Positions 25,948-38,789 of a stretch of DNA of 64,000 nucleotides are shown here, piece after piece. The first letter of the stretch is position 1. The number at the start of each line of letters is the position of its first letter. The stretch is from Azolla caroliniana (taxonomy: Eukaryota; Plantae; Polypodiophyta). The position numbers and the translations under genes were made by a program. Below the pieces are notes generated by a model that saw only the letters and a list, made by a program, of their open reading frames with translations, ran no database searches and was not told where the DNA came from. Where the stretch lies: the NCBI GenBank assembly GCA_043228905.1, contig JBHGNT010000006.1:8370001-8434000 (forward strand), given 5' to 3'.

Positions 25948-26620
25948 ACTCGGAAGATGAGTTTGGCTATAGGCTACTGGGACCTAGTCGACAAGAAAGT
26001 AGTGAGGAGTCAGGATATACTCTTCCTGGAAGATAAGACGATAGAGGACTGGAAGCAACAGAAGTCGGAATTGACTACCCACTCAACCTCTACTACTGTC
26101 GATTTAAGGCCAAGTGAACCGATACAGTCGGCTATTCGGAGACAGCCAGTCAGCATAGCCGATTCCGAGTCGGTTGACTCGGAAAGACGGATCGACTATG
26201 AGTCAGAGTCGATTGAGTTGTTAAGGTCGATCAAGGAATACGAGTTGGAGTCGTCCAACCTTGAGAAGTTGATCGACATATATGAACCCGAGCAAAGAGG
26301 AGAGTTTGGAGAGACACCTGAACAAGAGACGACGAGTGGAAGGAGATACCCACTCAGAGAAAGGAGAGCACTGACAACATATGCCAGTCAATACATCCTC
26401 TTGACTGATGAAGGTGAGCCAGAGTGCTATGATGAAGCCATTGTCGACAAGCACAGAGAGAAATGGTTGAGCATGATGCAAGATGAGATGGAGTTTGTGC
26501 ACGAAAACTACACCTACAACCTAGTAGAATTATCGAAAGGTAAGAGAGCACTCAGGAACAAAATGGGTTTACAAGGTGAAGACTAGAGAAGTCGACAATG
26601 CGCCTAGGTATAAAGCACGT

Positions 26621-29600
26621 TGTCGTGAAGATTTTCGACAATGGTGTGAAAATCACATAAAACGTACAAAATCGAGTATGAATCATATAAAACAATAATA
26701 GTGAAAATACTATTTTAAATATGTTTAATATCTTCATACAAAAAGATAGAGGTCTTGAAGAGCTTTTGGATGCACTTTACTACATAAGAAATGGACATCT
26801 AAGTGTCAACTTATGTGGGTATGAAGTTTTGCAAAAGAAAAAGAGAAAAATAAAACTGTGAAATATCCCAAATAGATAGGAAAGTTAAGGCCCTAGCTAT
26901 ATAAGCACATTGAGATCCCTTATTTTTCATTTGTACTAAGAGCACCTTGGCCACTTTGTCTAGATGGATGAATGTGGCCAAATTCCCAAAAACCGACTAG
27001 CAATAATATGGAACCAGCCGGTAATGGAACCGGAATCGGCTGAAAATCAATTTGGAAATTGGCCGGTAAGCTGGAAACCAAACTGGAACCGGCCGGTAAG
27101 CAAACCAGTACCGGCCGAAAAGCAAACCGGAACTGGTTAGTAAGCAATCCGGAACCGGCCGGTAAGCAAACCGGAACCGGACGGTAAGCAAACTGGAACC
27201 GGCCGGAAAGCAAACATGAACTTGCCGATAAGCAAATCGGAAACCAGGCGAAACCGACAACTGGCAACCGGATGGAACCGGAGATCGGGCGGAACCGGCG
27301 ACCGGACTGGGCTAGACCAGATGGATGCAAATCGGACGGATCGGTCGGGTCGGTTGATCGTGGTGCATGGTGTCTTAAAGATGTTTGGTCCAAAAGCCTA
27401 ATAGTATTTTGTGCATAAAAGAAAAAGATGTAAGCAAGACTCAAACTTAACACCTCCAAGATAGGAAGCAATAGGCTTACCATTAAGCCAAACCATTCTT
27501 TAGAGATTATATTTCTATCATTATAACTTTACATGTAAATTATCATACATGAGAGCTAAAATGAGTGACGTGGTTATCATGCACCACATGTACTACATGA
27601 GCGCCAAATGGCAAATATGCATTTTATGCATGTCTTGTACCCTCAAATGCATGAGGGCATCTATAAAAGAGGAGGGGAAAAAGATAAAGGGGAATGGAAA
27701 AATTCTTATCAAGAGCTTTGTACTTTATATCAAAATTAATATTAAGAAGAAAATGTTGGGAGACAAGTCCCTCCGGATGGGAAGAGAGAAGAACAGTGCC
27801 GATGAACAAACTCGGCCGAGGCCGATAGGCTGAGGCCGAAACCAGATGAGTACCCGGCTACGGAGAGCCGGATGGTGCAGACCCGGTGAGAACCGGATGA
27901 GGAGTACCCGGCTACGGAAAGCCGGATGGTGCAGTCCCGGTGAGAACCGGAGGAGGATTACCCGGCTACGGAGAGCCGGATGGTGCAGACCCGGTGAGAA
28001 CCGAATGAGGAGTACCCGGCTACGGAGAGCCAGATAGTGCAGACCCGGTGAGGAATGCTCACCGGATAAAGAGACATATTCGTAAATATGTTTCTGAGAG
28101 TCCATCGAGGCTATATTTGTAAATAGCCGAAAAGTCATATTAGTATAAATATGACTTAGGGCAAACTTTTAATGACTATTGTTGTTATTCTTGTTGGTGC
28201 AAGAAGAGAGATAGAGCGTAACCGTGTACATAGAGAGAGAGAGAGAGAAAGAGAACGAGGTCGTTGCCTCTGTTGTAACCGCCGCCTGTGGTGAAGATCG
28301 TAAGCACGAGGTCGTTGCCTCCGTGAACTCACTGTTGTACATTCTAGCATAGTGATAGTTTGCAGCCTATGGGCTGCCGTGGTTTTTCCCTAGTTTGGGT
28401 TTTCCACGTAAACATCCTGTGTACTCTTCTCTTCTTTGTGTCGTGTGTTTCATTTCCCATTTTTTGTGTATGATTCTAAGCTCGGTTGTGGCCGAGCGTT
28501 GCGTATAGGGAGCGTGAAGTTCCCGACAAGTGGTATCAGAGCGAAACAACACAGAAAATGGACGAATCGTTTGGCGGCATGTTCAAGCTCACCGGCTCCA
28601 ACTATTCGGTATGGAAGTTAGATCCAAAGACCCGTCCATGCATATTCCTCAGTTACGGTGACGATGAGTTCGGCTACCGAGTGTGGGACCTGGTCGACAA
28701 GAAGGTATTCCGGAGTTGAGATATTATCTTCATGGAGGACAAGACGCTCGCCGACTGGGAGTCGGAGAGGAAGATAATGAACTCCGAGTCGACCAGTAAG
28801 GATAGACTCTACAATGAACAGACCCAACCAGCAAGAGACCGGTTAGCACTCTAGGAGCCAGCCGGTTACGGTGAGGATACCGAACAGGTTGAAGAAGAAG
28901 TAGAGGAAGCTGAAACCGAAACCGGCCAAGACCCCGAATCGGATTCGGATGAAGAACAAATGGAGGAGCCGGTTACCGAAGCCCGAAGACGGAGATATCC
29001 TCTCAGAGAGAGAAGGGCGCCCCAGAGATTTCCGGATGCAGAGCATGTTCTGCTGACCGATGAGGGGGAGCCGGAAAGCTTCGAAGAAGCGAAGGATGAC
29101 ACCCACAGCCGCAAATGGTTAAGTGCCATGCAGGATGAGATGGATTCCCTGCATGAGAACCATACGTACGAATTGGTGGAATTGCCGAAAGGAATGCGGG
29201 CACTCAGAAACAAGTGGGTGTACAAGCTGAAACCGGGAGATGCCGGCAACCCCCCGAGATACAAAGCCAGGATCGTGGTGAAGGGGTTCCAGCAGAAGAA
29301 GGGCGTGGACTTCGAAGAGATATTTGCCCCGGTAGTAAAGATGACCTCCATTCGGACGGTGCTAAGTATAGCGGCAAGCATGGACCTCGAGGTAGAGCAG
29401 CTAGACGTGAAGACGTCATTCCTTCATGGTGACCTCGAAGAGGAGATCTACATGCAGCAACCGGAAGGATTCGTGGAGAAAGGGAAGGAGCACCTGGTAT
29501 GCCGGTTGAAGAAGAGCCTCTACGGGTTGAAGCTGGCCCCCCGGCAATGGTACCGGAAGTTCGACTCCTTCATGACCGATCAAGGGTACCACAAGACGCA

Positions 29601-31664
29601 GGTCGATCACTGTGTGTTTGTGAAGAAGTTCGAAGGAGGCGACTTCCTGATACTCCTTCTGTATGTGGACGACATGTTGATCGTCGGATAGGACCAAGCC
29701 AAAATACGGATGCTGAAGAAGGCTCTCAACCGGACCTTCTCAATGAAAGACTTGGGTCCGGCAAGACAGATGCTGGGGATGCATATTATCCGGAACTGGT
29801 TAGTGAAGCAATTATGGCTGTCACAGGAGAAGTACATGACAAAGGTGCTTCACCGGTTCAACATGTCAGATGCGAAACCGGTCGGATCGACACTTCCGGC
29901 AAATTGCAGGTTATCCGGTAAGCAAAGCCCGAAGACGAAAGCAGAGAAGGCGGATATGATTAAGATTCCATATGCCTCTGCCGTCGGGAGCTTGATGTAC
30001 GCAATGGTGTGTACCCAACCGGATATAGGATACGCAGTCGGAGTGGTGAGCTGGTTTATGAGCAATCCCGGCAAGGAGCACTAGAACGTGGTCAAATGGA
30101 TACTCCGGTATTTGAAGGGCACTTCAAATATGTGTCTCCGATTCGGCTCCGGAAAACCTCAACTTGACGGTTTCACCGATTCGGACATGTCGGCTGATGT
30201 GGATACCAACCAGTCTACATTCGGGTATGTAATGACATATGCAGGGGGAGTTATCTCGTGGCAGTCGAGGCTGTAGAAGACGGTTGCATTGTCAACCACG
30301 GAGGCAGAGTACATGGCGGCTGTGGAAGCCGGCAAGGAAATATTATGGATGAAGGACTTCATCGGAGAGCTCGGTATCCGGCAAGACAAATACCGACTCT
30401 ATTGCGACAGTCAAAGTGCCATCCACCTTGCTAAGAATGCGGCCTACCATTCCCGGACGAAGCATATCCAGCGAAGGTATCACTGGATCCGAGAAAGAGT
30501 AGATGACCAGGAGTTCGCACTGACGAAGATCCACACGGCCGAGAACAGGTCAGATATGCTGACCAAAGTGTTGATACCCGACAAGCTGGACGCATGCCGG
30601 AAGCGGATCGGACTAGTAAGACACCCCATGCCGAAGTGAAGGGGGAGTTTGTTGGGAGACAGGTCCCTCCAAATGGGAAGAGAGAAGAACAGTGCCGATG
30701 AACAAACTCGGCCGAGGCCGATAGGCTGAGGCCGAAACCGGATGAGGAGTACCCGGCTACGGAGAGCCGGATGGTGCAGACCCAGTGAGAACCGGATGAG
30801 GAGTACCCGGCTACGGAAAGCCGGATGGTGCAGACCCGGTGAGAACCGGATGAGGAGTACCTGGCTACGAAGAGCCGGATGGTGCAGACCCGGTGAGAAC
30901 CGGATGAGGAGTACCCGACTACGGAGAGCCAGATGGTGCAGACCCGGTGAGGAATGCTCACCGGATAAAGAGACATATTCGTAAATATGTTTCTGAGAGT
31001 CCATTGAGGCTATATTTGTAAATAGCCGAAAAGTCATATTAGTATAAATATGACTTAGGGCAAACTTTTAATGACTGTTGTTGTTATTCTTGTTGGTGCA
31101 AGAAGAGAGAAAGCGCGTAACCGTGTACATAGAGAGAGAGAGAGAGAGAGAGAACGAGGTCGTTGCCTCTGTTGTAACCGCCGCCTGTGGTGAAGATCGT
31201 AAGCACGAGGTCGTTGCCTCCGTGAACTCACTGTTGTACATTCTAGCATAGTGATAGTTTGCAGCCTATGGGTTACCGTGGTTTTTCCCTAGTTTGGGTT
31301 TTCCACGTAAACATCCTGTGTACTCTTCTCTTCTTTGTGTCGTGCGTTTCATTTCCCGTTTTCTGTGTATGATTCTAAGCTCGGTTGTGGCCGAGCGTTG
31401 CGTATAGGGAGCGTGAAGTTCCCGACAGAAAATTCGTTATCCAATTGATGTATTAAACTTGTTCTTCAAATCTAAAATCAAGAGTTCAATCTTAATCCCT
31501 CTCTCAATCTAAAGCCAAGCGTTTTATCTTATCTCAATCTCTCTCTCTTTCAATCTATCTTAATTCCTTTCTCGCTAAAGCTTGTGCCAACGTCCAATCC
31601 TTCCGGTCCAGAACCCCGGCGGTTCCGCCTCACGATCCGCGCGTAGTGACGGATCTTCACGACA
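26621..31664 (+). mobile_element. Family-X solo LTR (about 1.37 kb) split by copia C
   Basis: Termini TGTCGTGAAGAT..ATCTTCACGACA form a 12-bp inverted repeat. Flanks are ACGT/ACGC. Host RT (PRYKAR|VVVKGFQQ) is restored on removal. Internal CCGG-rich short repeats at about 27015-27300. Confidence 0.82.
27754..31427 (+). mobile_element. Ty1/copia element C, internally deleted (most of gag plus PR and INT missing)
   Basis: LTRs 27754-28528 and 30650-31427 are near-identical; TSD GAAAA; PBS TGGTATCAGAGC at 28531; PPT; RT (YVDD) and RNase H with in-frame stops; 54-bp tandem repeats in each LTR. Confidence 0.96.
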
Positions 31665-32297
31665 ACGCGTTGTGGTGAAGGGTTTCCAGCAGAAAAAGGT
31701 CATCAACTTTGACAAAATATTCGTTCTAGTCATAAAGATGACATCCATTAGAACTGTTCTGAGCATAGCTGCCAACATGGATCTGGAGATCGAACAGTTG
31801 GATGTCAAGACGACATTCTTGCACGGGGAGCTGGATGAAGAGATCTACATGCAGCAACACAAAGGCTTTGTGGAGAAAGGGAAAGAGAATCTGGTGTGTC
31901 GATTGAAGAAAAGCTTGTATGGCCTAAAACAAGCTCCACGCCAATGGTACAAGAAGTTCAAATCCTTCATGGTGGACCATCGATTCTAGAAAACACAGGT
32001 TGATCACTGTGTGTTTGTCAAAAGGTACGATGAAGGTGATTTCTTGATTCTCTTATTATATGTAGACGATATGTTAATAGTCGGTCAAGATACAAGGAAG
32101 ATCATAAGCTTGAAGAAAGCTCTAGGCAAATCGTTTTCCATGAAAGATCTTGGTCTGGCTAAACAGATCTTAGGGATGCACATAGTTCAGGACAGAACTA
32201 AGAAAGTGTTGTGGTTGTCACAAGAGAAATACATGACAAAGATCCTAGAAAGATTCAACATGTTAGAAGCAAAGTCTGTCGGCTCTGTGTTACCAAC

Positions 32298-32756
32298 TAA
32301 CTGCAAGTTAAATGCAAAGCAATGCCCGAGAGGGGAGAAAGAAAATGCTAAGATGAGGAAAGTACCATATGCCTCAGTTGTCGGCAGTCTGATGTATGAT
32401 ATGGTCTACACGAAACTAGACATAGCTTTTGTTGTGGGGACAGTAAGCCGATACATGAGTAATCCAAGAAGAGAACACTAGCCATCAGTGAAGTGGACAC
32501 TAGCCTCAGTTCTCCAAGAGAACACTAGCCTCAGTTCTTAGGCATTGCTTTGCATTTAACTGCAAGTTAAATGCAAAGCAATGCCCGAGAGGGGAGAAAG
32601 AAAATGCTAAGATGAGGAAAGTACCATATGCCTCAGTTGTCGGCAGTCTGATGTATGATATGGTCTACACGAAACTAGACATAGCTTTTGTTGTGGGGAC
32701 AGTAAGCCGATACATGAGTAATCCAAGAAGAGAACACTAGCCATCAGTGAAGTGGA
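32298..32756 (+). repeat. 200-bp direct duplication (32298-32497 and 32557-32756) separated by 59 bp of templated filler
   Basis: Identical TAACTGCAAG..GAAGTGGA blocks; the filler is built from local direct and inverted pieces. Confidence 0.93.
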
Positions 32757-33954
32757 TACTCAAGTACTTAAGAGGCACCTCGAGGGTATGCCTAAGGTAT
32801 GGTGTCAGAAAACCCATGCTCGAAGGGTTTACCGACTCGGACATGTCGGGGGATGTGGATTCAAGCCAATCCATGTCAGGGTACGTGATGACCTATGCAG
32901 GGGGAGCAGTGTCGTGGCAATCATGACTACAGAAGTTTGTGGCCTTGTCGACCATAGAGGCAAAGTATATGGCCGCGGTGGATGCCGGCAAGGAGTTGAA
33001 TTGGATGAGAAACTTTCTCAGTGAGTTGGGGATGAAGCAAAAGGATTTCTTGCTTCATTGTGATAGCCAGAGTGCCATACATCTAGCCAAGAATGTTGCA
33101 TACCACTCCTGGACCACGCACATACAGAGAAGGTATCACTGGTTGCGGGAGAAAGTCGAGGAACGAGAGTTTATCCTCGTGAAGATCCATACTAACGACA
33201 ATGGATCCGACATACTGACAAAGAACCTACCGATGGACTGACTTAGAGTCTGTCGATAGGGGACTGGAATAACGGACTCCTCCCCACATGAGTGAAGGGG
33301 GAGTTTATTAGGAATATGTCCCTCCAGTGGGAGGAGCTGACTACTCGAAGAGAGCCGACAGTCGAAGATAGGGAGCAATTGATTGATTGGATGAGAGCCG
33401 ACTATTGAGGAGTCGACTCAGAGAGAGTTGATCGAGGTCGAAGACATGACCGGCTAGTCGGGCTGACCGAATGGTTGATGACCAGGTCGACTAGTGGGAC
33501 CGACCCGACAGTCAACAAATGAGTCGGTTGATTAGTAAGACTAATATTATTATTATTGGATAATAATAATGGTCACATTTGTAAATAGCCCATACAAGGT
33601 ATAAGTATAAATACACTTAGGGAAAGTAGGAGATATGTATGTGAGAACAATGTGTGAGCCTATGTGTTGTAGCTAACGATTAAGAAGACTGAGAACAAGA
33701 AGAGAGACTAAGTGAGCGGCGTCGTAGTTGTGTTCTGTAACAGCATACGCCAAGAGCCCTACGCGGCTAATACACTCTGTGTAGAGAGTGTTATACTCTA
33801 ATCTCACCATTGTATATCCATAGTATAGTGAAGCTCCATTCTCTGTGGTTTTCTCCCGCTTTAGGGTTTCCATGTAAAATCTGCGTACTCTATGTTTCCG
33901 AATTGTGTATTTCAACGCATTCCTTCTTGTGGATTCACAATTCGTTTCTCGTCA

Positions 33955-36900
33955 AGAAGTGCACCGGTTTCCAGAACCTGTTGTTCCTCCGATTGCTTGA
34001 ATGGGTTCTCCTGCATCGGGCCTTTGTATGGTTTAAGCCAGAAACCATTTATCCATTTGTCCAACACCTCATCGGCTAGCATGCCTAGTTGATAAGATCC
34101 CTTGAATTCCTTCATAATCCAAAACGGTCCAGTCCACCGGAACCGCAGCTTCCCTAGCATCTTGCCCATCCGGGTCTAGAATAGTAGCACAGGCTTGCCG
34201 ATACTGAATTCTTTCTCATTTCCTCGTCTGTGCCGGTCCACAAAAGCTTTCCTCCTGCGTTGTTCGAGCTTCAATTGCAACACACTGGATATCTAGTGTT
34301 CTTCTAGTTTGCACAGTGTTGCCAACCGAATCTTTTCCGATTCCTTCTCGCTTAACCATTCCCGAACCTGTATCCGTAAGCTGGGAACTTGGAACTCCAT
34401 AGGCATAACTTCCTCTAATCTGAATGCCAACCAGAATGGTGTTGTTCGGATACTTGTTTTGTAAGCCGTCTGGTATGGGTCCGGTATGCCCATAACGCAT
34501 TGTGTAGTTTCGTGTCTCAGTCAGTCTGGTTCTCATTGACGATCTTCTAGAGAATATTTTGGAGCATTTTATTTGTGGACTCCGCCAATCCGTTCACCTG
34601 CGGATAGTAAGGCGTGTTGTGTTTATGCACTACCGCGTAGAACGTCGTCAAGCTTTCCACTACTTGCCCTACAAAATGACCACCTTGGTCGCTGATGAGC
34701 TCAATCAAACATCCGTACCGTCACCATATGTATTCATATAAAAAATTTGTTGTTGATGTCGCGGTGTTATCCCTGAGCACTTTCGCTTCTACCCATTTTG
34801 TGCAATAGTCAGTCGCGACAATGATGTATCGGTTTCCTATTCGCATTGCCAGAGGCTTGAATGGCCCTACAAAGTCCAATCCCCATTTTTTAAAAGGTTC
34901 TAGTGGCAATACGGGTTGATGGGGCATCCGTGCTTGTTCTTTGGGTTGACCCATCCTTTGGCAGAGATCGCATTCTTTACAATACCGAATTGAGTCTTTC
35001 ATGGTTGTCGGTCACCATAGCCCACTTCTCCAAATCCTCTGGGCGGTGGCATCTCCAGCATAGTGACCTCTGGCAACGCTACAATGGGCCTCTCGTAAAA
35101 TTGCTTCCTTTTCGTCACTCCTTACCGCGCGCCGCCAGATTCCGTCCGCTCCCTTGTGATACAGTGTATCCTGTATTAAACAAAAATGGAGACTTTGGGC
35201 CGTCAACTGCTTCCATTCATCCTGGCTTAGTTCTTCCGGAGGCTCTCCAGTACTCAGGAATTGATGCATGTCAATGAGCCATTTATCCTCACCTGCCACT
35301 ATCTCATCCGCAACCGTTTCCGCGGTGACTTTGAATAGCTCAGCATTCGGGAACTCATCCCTGACTCCGTCACTTGTCTCTCCGGATTCCAGCCTGCGAA
35401 AGTAGTCCGCCACCGCGTGTTGTACTCCCGGTCGGTGGTATATTTCAAATTCAAATTCCTGCATCAATAATGTTGGTTGGGCTAATTTTCCGGTCAGTGA
35501 CGCCTTGGATACCAAATATACTAGCGCCGAATGGTCCACATGGAAGGAAAACTTGCGTCTTAACAGATACTGTCGGTACTTTGTGACACTATATATCATT
35601 CTAAGGGTTTCTCTCTCCATTGTAGAATAATTATGTTCCACCTTCGAGAGTTTCCGGCTCGCGTGATACACCAGACAGTACCACCTAGGTTCGGTTAGCT
35701 GCATGAGAACACTTCCTATTGTTATGTCGGACGCATCCACGAACACATGAAAATCTTTCATCCAGTTCGGAGGTTGCACTACCGGAGCCTGTAACAGCAT
35801 CACCTTCAACGCTTGGTATGCCTTATCTTCTCGCTCCATCCATTGAAAGGGTGTGTGGTGCACAGCCACATGTAATGGAGTGGCGAAGTCCGCTAAGTAT
35901 CGGAGCATCTGGTTGGGTCACCGGATCTGTCCTAAAAACCGGCTCAACGCCTTGGCGTTACTTAGTGTCGTTACTTTTAATATGGCGGTCACCTTGTCCG
36001 AGTCGACAACGATTCCATCCCTACTCACGATATGTCTGAGCAGTGCCCCGCTGGTTACTCCGAAAACACATTTCGCCAAATTCAAGCTTAGTCAGGATCC
36101 CCGACACTTCTCCAGATGCATTCGGAGGTGGTCCAAATGTTCTCCCTTCTAGCTATAAACTGCAAAATCATCCAAAAAGACATGCCTGAACGTTGGAATA
36201 TATTCCTTGAATATTTCCATGATAATCCTCTGGAATGTCACTGGTGTCGTCTTTAGTTCGAACATCATTACCACCGCGACGAACACTCCCCATTTTGTAA
36301 CGAATGTCGTTTTCTCCCGATCGGTCGAGTGCATCCGAATTTGATTATAGCCACTGAATCCGCCCAAGAAACTATAAACCTCATGACCGGCTATCGCATC
36401 ATCACCCCGTCCGTGAATGGCAATGGGAACACGTCCATCACCGTGGCGGCATTCAACTTTCGGTAGTCCACACACACCCGAATCTTTCCATTTTTCTTTG
36501 GCACAACGACTATCGAACTCAACCAGGTTGCTTGTTTACCAACCGGATGAAACCGACTCTCAGCAGCTTATCAATTTCATCTTTAACTCTTGCTGCATAG
36601 TTTGGGTTCATCTGATAACGACGTTGCGCCACCGGCTTCGCGTCCTTGCTAAGGTTGATTTGGTGTTGGTACAATTGGGGATCCAATCCTCACATATCCT
36701 CGTATGACCAGGCGAACGCATCTCAAAATTCTTTGAGCAAATCAATCACTGGCCTTTTCTCTTCCCGTGGCAATTTTTTTGCCACATTCACCGGTTTCAG
36801 CGCTCCATCAGTCCCGAGGTCCACCTCTTCTAAGTGAGAGGCCTTCATTCTTTGAGATACCACCATTTCCCGTTCTAGGGATTCTTGTGCCTGTCGCAAT

Positions 36901-38789
36901 TCCCGGATGGCCTCCCGATCCGGCTCGTCAAATCCTTCATTTGAGTGCACGATGTATGGCGTGACGGCTTCGGCGACATCTACCTCAAATAACGGTATTA
37001 TCTTCGGATGTTCATCTAGGTACCAGTCGACTTTGTCGTTTGCTAATCCATCCAACATGTTTATGCTCTTTGTGTATGGCAGTGTCAACTCCTTACTGGT
37101 ACCCGTGCGTGGTTGGGTCGGTACCCGCACTTTCATCTTTCCTCTTCAAAAAATAATGACGTTCTTTTGCCAATTTTGCTTTATATGCGCTGTCTTTAGC
37201 CATAGTCTCCCTAACAACAGGGGATAAGCTCCCTGCGCATTGAGTTGGAGGACTACCACGGATATCTGGAATGCATGCCCATCGATTGTAATCTCCAAGT
37301 TATGGATGAGTCCTGTTGGCCGAACCAAACTGGTATCCGCCATTCGCAGCCACAATGAGCATGGTTCGCATTCTCTGATACCAAGGGTGTCGCGGGTTCG
37401 TTGGTTTATCACGTTTACTCCGAAACCTTCATCCACAATTGTCTCGTGTATCTATTTCCCTTTGATGATAACCGTTATCGTCGGACTACTTGTGTCCACT
37501 ACCGTCGGTCCTTCCTCTGAGTTGGAGAAGAATGTTGGTGCCGGCTTTGGGTTTTGTGATGTTACCACCTATTTAAGTCCTTCCATGAATCGGGGAAGTA
37601 ATTGCAACATGCGGCCTAGGGGCAACATGATCTAACATTGTTGTAACGCCTGTCAGGTGGGGTCGTTGTCCATGCTCCATAATGGTTCCTCCGGAGGCTA
37701 GATTTGTTCTTTCACTTCGGCTACGTTCCGTTCATTTGCTTTTTGTATCCATTCGGTGGCTTGCTTCCTAATGGCCTCCTGGGTCTCCCACTCGGCAGCT
37801 TTTCCTTTGGATCTTGTTGTGACTTGTTGAACATTCGTCAACTCCGCGGTCACCATGTTTACCGCTAGTTGCTTCTCATTGGGCTTGATCGGCCACTAGC
37901 TACTGTAATGTCCTTCCTTCCGGCAATAATATCAGTACATCTTCTGGATGTTGCTCAATTCTCCTTTTTCTATATTCCCCGGCGGCATACCAGAAGTCAT
38001 CCGTTTATTCTCTTCTGTCCTTCGTTGCTCTGTTTATGCCATGGTCGCATTTGTACCTGGCACCCGTCGGTAATCGTTGGTTGGTTCCTAATATTCTTCT
38101 CAGCGATACTTACCCTTACGGTTGTGGCAGCGGTGGTTCTGGTGCCCTAGGCGTTCCAGGTACTGTGTATCCTGATCTGGGTACTCCCGTCGTTCCAAGT
38201 ACCTTTTGTCGTCTCTCCTTCGATCATAATCTGGGGAGTAGTCGCGATCATAATGGTCTCGATTGTAGTCTTCCCCTCGCCGGTAGTTGCGGTCTCGGTC
38301 ATAGTCCTCTCGTCTTTTGTCGTCATACCGGTCCCTTCATTCCGGTCAATATTGTTCTTCCCTCTGGAACCGTTCCTCCTCCTGTTGTTTCTTGCTCCGA
38401 GGCTCAATGTGTCGGACTGTTGCCGCTTGTCGATTTAATAGATTATACTCACACCGGTCCATAGTATGTGACCAGGAGTGGCATAGCATGTAGTGCATCC
38501 TCATTGTGCATTCTAATGTGGAATGTCCTGGGTTCAGGCACGTTGTGCATTGCATTGCTTGGCGAAATCGGAGATCGTCTTCTTTAGGAAGCGCTCATTG
38601 GAGGGCCCCCATGGACATCAAGGTACTGCTCTTATCCATCTCCAAGTCCCGGTCAATGACTTGATCCATAGTGTTGGTCTAGAAATCCAGTACCACACAC
38701 ATTGTTCGGAGGGGTTCCCAGAATACAGCCAAAAATACAGACTTCGCCTCATCTTCTAGAAGTGCCCAAGTCAGTTCGCTATGCAACAT
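33955..38789 (-). pseudogene. gypsy gag-pol of element Z
   Basis: CCHC CTTCLNPGHSTLEC, PR region (..LLLGRLWL), RT (FSGYNQI, VFLDDF), RNase H (VFVDASD), INT ([27 protein letters not shown]). Confidence 0.92.

Larger units (their letters stand above)
22279..33954 (+). mobile_element. Ty1/copia element B (degenerate) with nested insertions
   Basis: LTRs 22279-22935 and 33306-33954; PBS TGGTATCAGAGC at 22939; PPT GTGAAGGGGGAG; TSD GGAAG/AGAAG. gag-CCHC-PR-INT at about 22960-26620; RT-RH at 31665-33295. Confidence 0.93.

Noticed and set aside
28558-30639. In-frame TAG/TGA codons in copia pol as programmed readthrough or RNA editing sites
   Set aside because: They fall at CAG, CGA and TGG codons across all elements, as expected from methyl-cytosine deamination.
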